From Deltaproteobacteria bacterium (GTDB lineage Bacteria > Desulfobacterota > Binatia > UBA9968 > JAJDTQ01): a stretch of DNA of 64,000 bases. Made by a program: the position numbers and the translations under genes. The stretch covers positions 8 through 64,007 of the forward strand of contig JAPPNE010000039.1 in the NCBI GenBank assembly GCA_028818775.1. The letters are read 5' to 3'. The first letter of the stretch is position 1. Every line of letters begins with the position of its first letter. This document shows positions 24,629 to 33,483 of the stretch, in pieces. The notes beneath the pieces were generated by a model. It was not told the DNA's origin and did not search any database. It was given only the letters and a program-made list of their open reading frames with translations.

Positions 24629-25624
24629 TCAGATGGAAAAGTCCACGTTGCCGACGTCAAGGCTTTCCTTCCACGTGGTCCAGAGGTTCGTCGTCATGTA
24701 ACGCGCGCCGAAGTCGGGAAACACCGCCACCACCGTGCCGTGGGTGAGGCGCCGGGCCACGGCCATGGCCGCCACCAGGGCGGCGCCGGATGATTGCCCC
24801 ACCAGCAGCCCCTCCTCCTGGCTCAGCCGGTAGACCATCTCGTAGGCGTCCTCGGTGGACACCGGGATCTTCAGGTCCAGCTCCTCCTCATGGTAGATGC
24901 CCGGAACGATGGAGCTGGCCATGTGCTTCAGCCCTTCGAGTCCGTGGATCTCGGAGTCGGGCTCGGCCGCGATCACGCGGATGCGCGGATCCCGCTCTTT
25001 CAGGAAGCGTCCCGCCCCCATCACGGTGCCGCCGGTGCCGATGCCGGCGACGAAGTGGGTGACGCCCCCCTCGGTCTGCCGGTAGATCTCGGGACCGGTG
25101 GCCTCGTAGTGGGCCTGACTGTTCATCGGGTTGAAGTACTGGTCGGGCTTGAAGTATCCGTCCGGGTCCTCCGCGACGATCTTGCGGCAGAGACGGATGG
25201 CTCCGTCGGAGCCTTCCAGCGGATCGCTGTAGACGATCTCCGCGCCGAACAACCGGATGATGTTCTTGCGTTCCTCGCTCACGTTGGCGGGCACCACCAG
25301 CCGTACGGGGTAGCCCAGCGCCGCGCCGATCATGGCGATGGCGATGCCGGTGTTGCCCGAGGTGGAGTCGATGATGGTGCGGCCCGGCGTGAGCCGCCCG
25401 GTGTCGATGGCATCCCGGATCATCCGGAGGGCGGGGCGGTCCTTCACCGAGCCGCCGGGATTGAACCCCTCGAGCTTGGCCAGCACCCGCACGCCCCGTG
25501 ACAACCCGCTGGTTATCCGCCGGACCTCCACCAGGGGCGTGTTGCCGACAAGCTCGACGATGCCGTCGACCTTGCGCGGCCGGCCAAGGGGCGAGGCGGC
25601 GTCCTGGTTCAGCGCGGTGAGCAT
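24629..25624 (-). CDS. CysM/CysK-family PLP enzyme (cysteine synthase / O-phosphoserine sulfhydrylase-like)
   Basis: PLP lysine motif PGGSVKDR, TSGNTG loop and GIGTGGT. Last gene of the riboswitch-controlled operon. Confidence 0.85.
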   Translation of the reverse strand: MLTALNQDAASPLGRPRKVDGIVELVGNTPLVEVRRITSGLSRGVRVLAKLEGFNPGGSVKDRPALRMIRDAIDTGRLTPGRTIIDSTSGNTGIAIAMIGAALGYPVRLVVPANVSEERKNIIRLFGAEIVYSDPLEGSDGAIRLCRKIVAEDPDGYFKPDQYFNPMNSQAHYEATGPEIYRQTEGGVTHFVAGIGTGGTVMGAGRFLKERDPRIRVIAAEPDSEIHGLEGLKHMASSIVPGIYHEEELDLKIPVSTEDAYEMVYRLSQEEGLLVGQSSGAALVAAMAVARRLTHGTVVAVFPDFGARYMTTNLWTTWKESLDVGNVDFSI

Positions 25625-25643
25625 GGAGCGTGCCGGGAACTCG

Positions 25644-25922
25644 CTAGAGGCCGCCGGCGATGGCCGGGACGATGGAGATGCTGTCGCCGTCCTTCAACGC
25701 GGTATCGACGTTCTGGAGAAAGCGGATGTCGTCGCCGTTGACGTAGACGTTCACGAACCGGCGCACCTTGCCGCTTTCGTCCATGATGCGCTCCTTGATG
25801 CCGGGGTGCTTCTGCTCCAGATCCTCCAGCATGGCCAGAACGGTGTCGCCGTTGACGTCGACCTCGTCCGATCCCTGGGTGAATTTTCTCAGCGGCGTAG
25901 GCACGCGTACACGAACACTCAT
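25644..25922 (-). CDS. MoaD/ThiS/CysO-like sulfur carrier protein (C-terminus ...AIAGGL)
   Basis: 92-aa beta-grasp-like protein with a GGGAGG RBS; ends Gly-Gly-Leu. Confidence 0.7.
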   Translation of the reverse strand: MSVRVRVPTPLRKFTQGSDEVDVNGDTVLAMLEDLEQKHPGIKERIMDESGKVRRFVNVYVNGDDIRFLQNVDTALKDGDSISIVPAIAGGL

Positions 25923-25980
25923 GAAACAACCTCCCTCTCCATCAGGATAAAACCCGGTTGCGACCTTTTCAATGGCGCCT

Positions 25981-27246
25981 TCAGCCCGCCTTCGCGTCCG
26001 GCCGCGTTGCGCGCGTCAGCCCGTCGTACAGTTCGTCGAAGTTGCCCAGGTCGGCGTCGATGCTGTACGGCCGGTCGACGATGTGCGCCACCGTCTCGAT
26101 GGTCTTGTAGCCGTTCCCGGTGATGGAGATGACGATGGACTCGTCCCGTGGAATCCGGCCCTGCTCGATGAGCTTCTTCGTCACCGCCACCTCGGTGCCC
26201 CCTGCGGGCTCGGTGAAGATGCCCTCGGTGGCGGCCAGCAAGCGGATGCCGTCGAGGATCTCCTCGTCGGTGACGTTCTCGCCCCATCCGCCGGTCTCCT
26301 TCAGCGTCTGGATGACGTAGTAGCCGTCGGCCGGGTTGCCGATGGCGATGGAGGTGGCGATGGTGTCGGGCTTCACCGGGTCGACGACGTCGGTGCCGCG
26401 CTTGAGCGCGTTGATGATGGGCGAGCAGCCAGCCGCCTGCGCGGAGTAGATGCTGCACGGCTCGTCCGGGTCCACCAGCCCCACCTTGCGCAGCTCCTTG
26501 AACCCCTTGCCCAGCTTGGGCAGGATGGTGCCTCCCGCCGAGCCCACCACGATGTGCCGCGGCAGCTTCCAGCCGAGCTGTTCGGCCACCTCGAAGGCGT
26601 GCGTCTTCGCGCCCTCGGAGTAGTAGGGCCTCAGGTTCACGTTGACGAACGCCCACTGGTACTTGTCGCCGATCTCGCTGCACAGCCGGTTGACGTCGTC
26701 GTAGGTCCCCTTGATGGCCACGGTGCGCGGGCCGTAGATGGCGGAGCCGACGATCTTCCCTTCCTCCAGCCCCTCGGGGATGAACACGTAACAGTTGAGC
26801 CCGGCGCTGGCGGCGTGGGCCGAAACCGAGTTGGCGAGGTTGCCGGTGGAGGCGCACGAGACGGTTTCGTAGCCGAACTCGATGGCCTTGGAGATGGCCA
26901 CCGACACCACCCGGTCCTTGTACGAGAAGGTCGGGTGGTTCACGGAGTCGTCCTTGAGGTACAACTCGTCGACGCCCAGCGCCTCGCCCAGGCGGCGCGC
27001 ACGGATGAGTGGGGTATAGCCCGAGTAGAGGCCCACGCGGGGCTCCTGGTCGATGGGCAGCAGCTCCCGGTAACGCCACAGGTTGCGGGCCCGCGAGGCG
27101 ATCTTCTCCCGGCTCACGCTATCGCGGATCGCGTCGTAGTCGTACTCCACCTCGAGGGGGCCGAAGCAGTCCTCGCACACGTGCAGGGGCGCCGTGGGAT
27201 ACTCCCGGCCGCACTCCCGGCATTTCAATCCTTTCACAAAGCTCAT
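25981..27246 (-). CDS. Threonine-synthase-like PLP enzyme with N-terminal zinc ribbon (second ThrC paralog)
   Basis: CRECG...CEDCFG zinc ribbon plus a ThrC fold (SFSYKDR, ASTGNLANS). ATG at 27246 overlaps the moeB-like stop (ATGA). Confidence 0.85.
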   Translation of the reverse strand: MSFVKGLKCRECGREYPTAPLHVCEDCFGPLEVEYDYDAIRDSVSREKIASRARNLWRYRELLPIDQEPRVGLYSGYTPLIRARRLGEALGVDELYLKDDSVNHPTFSYKDRVVSVAISKAIEFGYETVSCASTGNLANSVSAHAASAGLNCYVFIPEGLEEGKIVGSAIYGPRTVAIKGTYDDVNRLCSEIGDKYQWAFVNVNLRPYYSEGAKTHAFEVAEQLGWKLPRHIVVGSAGGTILPKLGKGFKELRKVGLVDPDEPCSIYSAQAAGCSPIINALKRGTDVVDPVKPDTIATSIAIGNPADGYYVIQTLKETGGWGENVTDEEILDGIRLLAATEGIFTEPAGGTEVAVTKKLIEQGRIPRDESIVISITGNGYKTIETVAHIVDRPYSIDADLGNFDELYDGLTRATRPDAKAG

Positions 27247-28031
27247 GCGTGACTCCTTTGGGACGCCGGCGGGCCCGCGGATGCGCCGCAAGCCTTGCAG
27301 CGCGGGTTCGGCGACACCGGCACCTTTCTTATTTCCATGGTCTTGGCGTCATAGGTGAGCAGGCTGTTCACCAGCAGGTGCTCCTCGAGGCCGACGATGT
27401 ACTTGACGGCCTCGGTGGCCTGGATGGATCCGATGGTCCCCGCCACCGCGCCCAGGATACCCGCCTGCTGGCACCCCAGGACCTCGCCGGGCGCCGGCGG
27501 CTCCTCGAAAAGGCAGCGATAGCAGGCGCTGTCCGGCGGCACCACCGTCATGGTCTGGCCCTGAAGGCGTACGATCCCCGCGTGGGAAAACGGCTTGCTC
27601 ATGGCCACGGCGACATCGTTGACCAGGAACTTGGTGTCGAAGTTGTCGCTTCCGTCGATGACGAAGTCGTACGGTTCCATGAGCCCGGCGGCGTTGTCTT
27701 CGGTCAGGCGCACGTCGTGGACCTCCACCTCCACCTCGGCGTTGAGCTCGCGCAGCCGCGACCTCGCCGATTCCACCTTGCGCTGACCCTGGTCGGCGGT
27801 GGTGTGGAGGATCTGCCGCTGCAGGTTGGAGAGGTCCACCGTATCGCCGTCCACGATGCCGAGCCGCCCGATGCCGGCGGCGGCCAGATAGAATGCCGCG
27901 GGGCTTCCCAGACCGCCGGCTCCCACCACCAGGGCACTCGCCTGGCGCAGGCGTATCTGGCCGGCGCCGCCGACGTCGGGGATCATGATCTGGCGGCTGT
28001 ATCGCTCGATTTGATCAGGGGTCAGACGCAT
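27243..28031 (-). CDS. MoeB/ThiF-family E1-like sulfur-carrier adenylyltransferase
   Basis: GAGGLGSPAAFYLAAAGIGRLGIVDGD Rossmann motif and zinc-site cysteines (CYRC...CKACG). No rhodanese domain. Confidence 0.85.
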   Translation of the reverse strand: MRLTPDQIERYSRQIMIPDVGGAGQIRLRQASALVVGAGGLGSPAAFYLAAAGIGRLGIVDGDTVDLSNLQRQILHTTADQGQRKVESARSRLRELNAEVEVEVHDVRLTEDNAAGLMEPYDFVIDGSDNFDTKFLVNDVAVAMSKPFSHAGIVRLQGQTMTVVPPDSACYRCLFEEPPAPGEVLGCQQAGILGAVAGTIGSIQATEAVKYIVGLEEHLLVNSLLTYDAKTMEIRKVPVSPNPRCKACGASAGPPASQRSHA

Positions 28032-28084
28032 CGAACGCGGGCTCCAGGCTAAGCTTCAACGACACTACTCAAGACACTACAAAC

Positions 28085-28118
28085 GAAAAAAAACCTCTTC
28101 CAAGATGAGAAGAGGTTT
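28085..28118 (-). terminator. Intrinsic terminator (expression platform of the SAM-I riboswitch)
   Basis: Minus-strand RNA aaccucuuc-ucaucuug-gaagagguu (9-bp stem) followed by U8. Confidence 0.65.
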
Positions 28119-28119
28119 T

Positions 28120-28232
28120 CTCCTCACCTTATCTGTCCCTTGCGGGCCGGAATTAGCACCTGCGTTCCCTTGGGATACGTGGTTGCTGTGGCTTCAACGG
28201 GCCTGTCCCTCCACCACTCTGGATAAGGTGTC
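28120..28232 (-). promoter_or_regulatory. SAM-I (S-box) riboswitch aptamer
   Basis: Minus-strand sequence ccuuAUCcAGAGuGGugGAGGGAcaGGCCCguuGAagCCacaGCAACC...GGUGCuAAuUCC...AGAUAAGg matches the S-box core; P1 is ccuuauc/gauaagg. Confidence 0.8.
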
Positions 28233-28281
28233 CAGTTGCTTTAAGCAGTTCCTGTACTTCTACCCGATTTCCTTTCGAAAG

Positions 28282-28365
28282 TCACGCCGCGCGCCGCGGT
28301 TCATGGACGGGCCGGTCGCCGAACTCGTGTCCACAACCCTTGCACTGGAACTCATAAAGAGGCAT
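28282..28365 (-). CDS. Small ORF resembling the N-terminus of an FmdB-family zinc-ribbon protein (27 aa, possibly a remnant)
   Basis: MPLYEFQCKGCGHEF with a strong AAGGAG RBS. It ends at a TGA; the same frame continues for 42 more codons and lacks a second CxxC. Confidence 0.2.
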   Translation of the reverse strand: MPLYEFQCKGCGHEFGDRPVHEPRRAA

Positions 28366-28494
28366 GAGGTGTTCTCCTTTCGGCGCGAAACCGTTCCGTA
28401 CCCGCGGTGGGAGGGCCGGCAAGGTAGAGCACTGCCAATATACTCCACCGCACGGCGGTGGCAAACCCCTGCGCCGGGAGACGGGGAGGTTGTC

Positions 28495-29595
28495 ATGCTG
28501 TTTCTCAACAACGACGATGTCGCTCGGGTCATCGACATGCCGCTTTGCCTGGACGCCCTGGAAAGCCTGTTCCGGGAACTGGCCAGGGGCGACGCCGTGG
28601 GCATGGGGCGCATGGACATGTACGTGCCCTCGGGGCAGGAGTCACCCTACCACCGTCTCGCCCTCATGGTCGGGGGCAGCCGCCAGGACGGCTACGCCTG
28701 CATCCGCATCATCTCGGACATGGTGAGCTGGCCCATGGAGCGGGGCCACCGGCGCGAGAACAAGTACGCCCGCGAGCCCGGCACCTGGTGCGGCCTGCTG
28801 CTGCTCTTCAGCACCCGCGACGGGACCCCGGTGGCCATGATGAACGACGGCCGCCTCCAGCACGACCGCGTGGGCGCTGGTGCCGGCCTGGGGGCCAAGT
28901 ACCTGGCGCGGGAGGACAGCCGCACGGTGGCGATGATCGGTTCCGGCGGCATGGCACGTAGCTACCTCGACGCGCTTGTGCGGGTGCGTCCCGTCACCAG
29001 GGTCAGGGCTTTCAGCTTGAACCCGGAGAATGTCCGGCAGTACGCGGAAGAGATGAGGGCGCGGCACGGGATCGAGGTGGAAGTCGCCGCGGACGCGCGC
29101 ACGGCGGTGCGGGGCGCGGACATCGTGTGCTGCTGCGCGTCCGCCATCGAGCCGGTGTTCTTCTCGGACTGGCTGGAGCCGGGCATGACCGTCATCGACG
29201 TCAACCGGAACTCCGTGGAGCCGGGCTTCCTTCACGCCGTGGACGTGGCGGTGCGCCCGGGAGACGCCACTCCCTACCTGGAGAACCCCCCGCCCGAAGC
29301 CTTCTACGCCCGCGGCGGCTACCTGGGTTACGTCGCCGGTCAGGAGGAGGAGCGGGCGCTGGTGCCGCGCGTGAACCTGACGCGCGAGATCGTGGACATC
29401 CCCAAGTTGCCCGACCTCATCAGCGGCCGGATCCCCGGGCGCACCAGCCCGGACCAGACCGCATGGTTCATGAACATCGGCGCCATCGGCCCACAGTTCA
29501 GCGCCGTCACCGGCGCCGTCTACGAACGCGCCCGCGACGCCGGCCTCGGCCGGGAGATTCCCACCGAGCTGTTCCTGGAAAACATCCGGGCGTGA
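28495..29595 (+). CDS. Ornithine cyclodeaminase / mu-crystallin family protein
   Basis: OCD_Mu_crystall-like sequence with a GGGGAGG RBS before the ATG at 28495. The 28105 start in the track would run through the riboswitch region. Confidence 0.8.
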   Translation: MLFLNNDDVARVIDMPLCLDALESLFRELARGDAVGMGRMDMYVPSGQESPYHRLALMVGGSRQDGYACIRIISDMVSWPMERGHRRENKYAREPGTWCGLLLLFSTRDGTPVAMMNDGRLQHDRVGAGAGLGAKYLAREDSRTVAMIGSGGMARSYLDALVRVRPVTRVRAFSLNPENVRQYAEEMRARHGIEVEVAADARTAVRGADIVCCCASAIEPVFFSDWLEPGMTVIDVNRNSVEPGFLHAVDVAVRPGDATPYLENPPPEAFYARGGYLGYVAGQEEERALVPRVNLTREIVDIPKLPDLISGRIPGRTSPDQTAWFMNIGAIGPQFSAVTGAVYERARDAGLGREIPTELFLENIRA

Positions 29596-29602
29596 GGCCC
29601 GG

Positions 29603-30472
29603 CTACGGCTTCGCAAGCCTGCGTTCAAGGTCCAGAAACTCGTCCATCCGCAGCACGTTGTGGTACTCGTCCAGGGACGCCATGTGCTCCCGGAGGCTTT
29701 GGGTGGTGCCTTCCTCGTGCAGCGCCGCGAAGACGCGGCCGACGGTTTTCACCAGCGTGTAGCGAACGGACCCGGGGAACAGCGCCAGCTTGAACCCTTC
29801 GGCGCCCGCGTCGCTCACGGTCAGGTTCGACGCCGGAAGGGTCTCGTCCATGTTGACCACCAGCGGACCGGGAACGCGGCGGCGGAGCTCACGCAATTCC
29901 TCGATGGCGCCCGGTACCTGTACGAATATCGCGTCGGCGCCGGCCTCGCGGTAGGCGCGCCCGCGCCGGATGGCCTCGTCGAGGCCGCCCGAGGAATATG
30001 CCAATGTGCGCGCGATGATCACGGTGTCGGGGTCTTTGCGCGCGGCGCACGCCGCGGCGACCTTCTCCACCATCTCCTCGGTCGAAACCAGCGGATGTCC
30101 CCCCGCCAGCAACCCACAGCGCTTGGCGGGCGTTTGATCCTCGATCTGAACCGCCGCCGCCCCCGCGTGCTCCAGCGCCGCGACGGCGCGGTGCACCTGA
30201 AGCGGTCCGCCGAAACCGGTGTCCGCGTCCACCAGTAGCGGAATGCGCAGCACTTGGCTCAGGTTGCGCACGTGCGCGACGAGGGCGTCGGCGGAGAGGA
30301 ACCCGAGGTCGGGGAGGCCCAGGAGACTGGCGGTGGTGGCGTTGCCGCCCAGCAGCGCCGCGCGAAAGCCGGCCCGTTCCGCGAGCAGCGCGGTCAGGGC
30401 GTCGTGAACGCCCGGGACGCTCAGGCAACCGTCCTCGGCAATCGCGTCCCTAAGGCGTGCGGCGGTGCTCAT
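29603..30472 (-). CDS. Isocitrate lyase / PEP mutase superfamily enzyme (methylisocitrate-lyase-like)
   Basis: VPGVHDALTA...LVDADTGFG motifs and a GAGGAGGA RBS before the ATG at 30472. Confidence 0.8.
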   Translation of the reverse strand: MSTAARLRDAIAEDGCLSVPGVHDALTALLAERAGFRAALLGGNATTASLLGLPDLGFLSADALVAHVRNLSQVLRIPLLVDADTGFGGPLQVHRAVAALEHAGAAAVQIEDQTPAKRCGLLAGGHPLVSTEEMVEKVAAACAARKDPDTVIIARTLAYSSGGLDEAIRRGRAYREAGADAIFVQVPGAIEELRELRRRVPGPLVVNMDETLPASNLTVSDAGAEGFKLALFPGSVRYTLVKTVGRVFAALHEEGTTQSLREHMASLDEYHNVLRMDEFLDLERRLAKP

Positions 30473-30576
30473 GTCGTGGTCCTCCTCGATCATTCGACCA
30501 ACCCGCTGGTTGCGGGTATGATTCAGGAACCCGCGCCCGCGCGCAAGCGAATCGGAGTTGCGCGGCATCCGGAGCC

Positions 30577-31680
30577 ATGAAGATCACCGCCGTCGACATC
30601 CACCCCCTGCGGGTTCCGCTGAAGGGCGTCTTTCGCAACGCCCACGACGTCAAGACCCACCAGGACAGCATCGTGGTGCGCGTATGCACCGACGAGGGTC
30701 CGGTCGGTCTGGGCAACGTCGATCCTGATCCCGGCCACTCCGCGGAGAGCTTCGCCGAGACCCTGAAGGCGGTGCGGATGCTGGCGCCGGGCCTTGTCGG
30801 GCGCGATCCCCTGAACATCTCCGCGGCATTGGACCTCATGGACCGCGCCCTGCCATGCCATCTGGATGCCAAGGCCGTGCTGGAAATGGCGCTTTTCGAC
30901 CTCAAGGGCAAGGCCCTGGACCAGCCGGTGCACTCGCTTCTGGGCGGACGGCTCCGGGACGGGCTGCGGCTCAACGGCTGGATCGGGATGCTGGAACCGG
31001 ACGAGGCCGCGCGGGAGGCGGCGGGCTGGCGTGATGCCGGTTTCCGTTCGGTGAAGATCAAGTTGGGCTCGGGCGTGGAGTTCGATGGCGACCGGGTGGC
31101 GGCGGTGCGCGGCACTGTCGGGCCTGCCATGCAGCTCCGGGTGGACGCCAACGAGGCTTACGGCGTGGACGAGGCCATCCGGCTGGGCAAGGCTTTGGCG
31201 CCAATGGACGTGGCGCTGCTGGAGCAGCCCGTAGCCCGGTCGGACTACGCGGGTCTGGCGCGGGTGCGGCGCGCCGTCGACATACCGGTCATGGCGGATG
31301 AAGCCATTGTCGGTCCCGAGACCCTGGTGGAGGTTATCCGGAAGGAAGCCGCCGACATCGTCAAGGTCAAGGTGATGAAGCAGGGCGGCATCACCCGCAC
31401 CGTGCGCATGGTGCACATGGCCGAGGCCGCGGGCATCCGCTGTGTCGTCGGTCACGGTTTCGGCCTGACCATCAACACGCTGTCGGAGTTGCACGTGGCC
31501 GCAAGCTGCGCCAACGTCATGGAGGGATGCGAATCGGTGGGTCCGCTCAAGATGGGCGGGGACGTGGTGACCCGGCCGATCGACGAGAGCGGGGGATGGG
31601 TCGCGGTCCCGGACGCGCCGGGGCTCGGCGCCGAGCTCGATCCGTCCGGGTTGGAGCGCTGGAGCGTATCCGCGCCCTAG
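30577..31680 (+). CDS. Mandelate racemase / muconate lactonizing enzyme (enolase superfamily)
   Basis: MR_MLE N- and C-domains (KIKLG, DANEAY, LEQP, DE...). Confidence 0.85.
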   Translation: MKITAVDIHPLRVPLKGVFRNAHDVKTHQDSIVVRVCTDEGPVGLGNVDPDPGHSAESFAETLKAVRMLAPGLVGRDPLNISAALDLMDRALPCHLDAKAVLEMALFDLKGKALDQPVHSLLGGRLRDGLRLNGWIGMLEPDEAAREAAGWRDAGFRSVKIKLGSGVEFDGDRVAAVRGTVGPAMQLRVDANEAYGVDEAIRLGKALAPMDVALLEQPVARSDYAGLARVRRAVDIPVMADEAIVGPETLVEVIRKEAADIVKVKVMKQGGITRTVRMVHMAEAAGIRCVVGHGFGLTINTLSELHVAASCANVMEGCESVGPLKMGGDVVTRPIDESGGWVAVPDAPGLGAELDPSGLERWSVSAP

Positions 31681-31788
31681 CGACGCGGAAGACGCGGACT
31701 TCGGGCTCCGCGGGCTACCCATCGATCTTTTCCTGGACGGGTGCAGACCGTCCGTAGTCGTTTCAACGATCATTCAAGGAGGTACATC

Positions 31789-32295
31789 ATGAACCAAACC
31801 GTCGGCGCGAAGTTCCCGGATCTGGCCCTCGAGGACCACAACGGCAAGGAGCTGAAGCTGTCCGAGATTACCGAGGGCAAGTTTCCGCTCATCGTGGCGT
31901 TCTACCGGGGCTATTGGTGAGGGAAGTGCGTGGTGCAGTTGCGCCACCTGGTGACCCTTCAGGAAGAGCTGCCCGTGAGCTACAGCAGGCTGGCCGTGGT
32001 CAGCGTCGATCCGCCCGAGGTGAACGGCGCCCTCAGGGTAGGCCTCGGCGCGACGTTCCCGTTTCTCAGCGACCGGGAGTTCAAGGCCATCGAGGCGCTG
32101 GACATCGTCGACACCACGGACAAGAAGCACGGGACCCTGGCGATCCCGTACGCATTCTCCCTGCTGCCGGACCTGTCGGTCCACCGCATCTACAACGGCT
32201 GGTACTACGTGGGCCGGCCCACCAACGAGGAACTGCGCGCGGACATGCGCGCCATGACCCAGCAGTGCCGGGCCGACTACGACCCGCAGGCGTAG
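31789..32295 (+). CDS. Candidate selenoprotein: AhpC/TSA (Prx/redoxin)-like thiol:disulfide oxidoreductase with in-frame UGA (W-U-G-K-C)
   Basis: An AAGGAGG RBS precedes the ATG at 31789. The protein-like reading frame continues uninterrupted through the TGA at 31918-31920, which sits at the redox-active Cys position of WCxxC. A hairpin starts 9 nt downstream of the TGA. Confidence 0.6.
31930..31947 (+). promoter_or_regulatory. SECIS-like stem-loop downstream of the in-frame UGA
   Basis: gtggtgc-agtt-gcgccac: a 7-bp stem with one G-U pair and a GU-containing apical loop. Confidence 0.35.
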
Positions 32296-32396
32296 GCCCG
32301 CAGTCGTCCGGGGCCGGCCGGGGCGCGGTAGTGTGCGTGAAACCGAATCCGGCCCGGGGCGACACGCCGGCACAGGGGATTTCGAGGGGGTAAGCC

Positions 32397-33443
32397 ATGG
32401 CCGTCATCGATGCCGATTGCCACGTCATCGAGTGCGAGGAGACCTGGGAGCACATGGAGGGCGAGGACCGGCGCTACCGGCCGCGCATCCTGGAAGCGGC
32501 GGACCAGTCGGACCCGTTGCGACGCAACGACTTCTGGCTCTTCGACAGCAACCTGGAGCCCAAGCGGGCGTTCCCGCCGGCATCGTCGGGCACCACCCCG
32601 GAGTCGTCGGAGCTGACGGACGTGGAGGCGCGCCTGCGCCACATGGACGTGCTGGGCACCGACGTCCAGGTGCTCTACCCCACGACGCTCTTGGGCTTGG
32701 CCACGCTGAGCCGTCCGCGCACCCAGGTCGCCATGTGCCGCGCCTACAACCGCTGGATGGCCAACGTCTGGAGCCAAGGCCGGGGACGTCTCCGCTGGGT
32801 GGCGACGCTGCCCCTGCTGACCATGGACGCGGCGGTGGAGGAGTTGCGCTTCAGCCGCGACAACGGCGCCTGCGGCTTCCTGCTGCAAGGGCTCATGGGC
32901 GAGCGCACGCCCATCGACGAGTACTACTTTCCGGTCTACGCCGAGGCCAGCCGTCTCGACATGCCGGTGTGCATCCATTCGGGGCTCGTCAACCATGCTC
33001 TCAGCGGGCTCTTCCACTCCCGCGCAACAGCCTTGTGGATGGCTAAGGTGCCCATCATCACCGCGTTCCACGCCCTGGTGTTGAGCCGCGTTCCGGACAG
33101 GTTTCCGGACCTGCGCTGGGGCTTCCTCGAAGCCGCCGCCTCCTGGGTCCCCTACGTCGTCACCGACCTCGGCGCCCGCCTCGACCGCACCGGCACCCGC
33201 AAGCTCGACGAGAACGTGCTGCGCCGAAACCGCTTCTACGTCGCCTGCCAGACCGAGGAGGACCTCCCCTACATCCTGCAACACGCCGGCGAGGACCACA
33301 TCGTCATCGGCTCCGACTACGGCCACGCCGACACCTCCAGCCAACTGGAGGCACTGAAGATCCTCCAGGCGAACGAAACGGTGACGCCGGACGCCCGTCG
33401 CAAGATCGTCGACGACAACGCCAGGGCGCTTTACGGGATCTAG
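32397..33443 (+). CDS. Amidohydrolase-2 family metal-dependent hydrolase/decarboxylase (paralog 1)
   Basis: N-terminal IDADCHVIE metal motif, TIM-barrel amidohydro_2 features and a GAGGGGG RBS. Confidence 0.8.
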   Translation: MAVIDADCHVIECEETWEHMEGEDRRYRPRILEAADQSDPLRRNDFWLFDSNLEPKRAFPPASSGTTPESSELTDVEARLRHMDVLGTDVQVLYPTTLLGLATLSRPRTQVAMCRAYNRWMANVWSQGRGRLRWVATLPLLTMDAAVEELRFSRDNGACGFLLQGLMGERTPIDEYYFPVYAEASRLDMPVCIHSGLVNHALSGLFHSRATALWMAKVPIITAFHALVLSRVPDRFPDLRWGFLEAAASWVPYVVTDLGARLDRTGTRKLDENVLRRNRFYVACQTEEDLPYILQHAGEDHIVIGSDYGHADTSSQLEALKILQANETVTPDARRKIVDDNARALYGI

Positions 33444-33483
33444 TTCGGTGGTCCGCCCATCCGTTTTGTGTTAATCCAGCGAT

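Noticed and set aside
28105-28494. N-terminal 130-codon extension of the ornithine cyclodeaminase ORF
   Set aside because: No RBS at 28105, whereas GGGGAGG precedes the ATG at 28495. The extension runs across the minus-strand SAM riboswitch and terminator.
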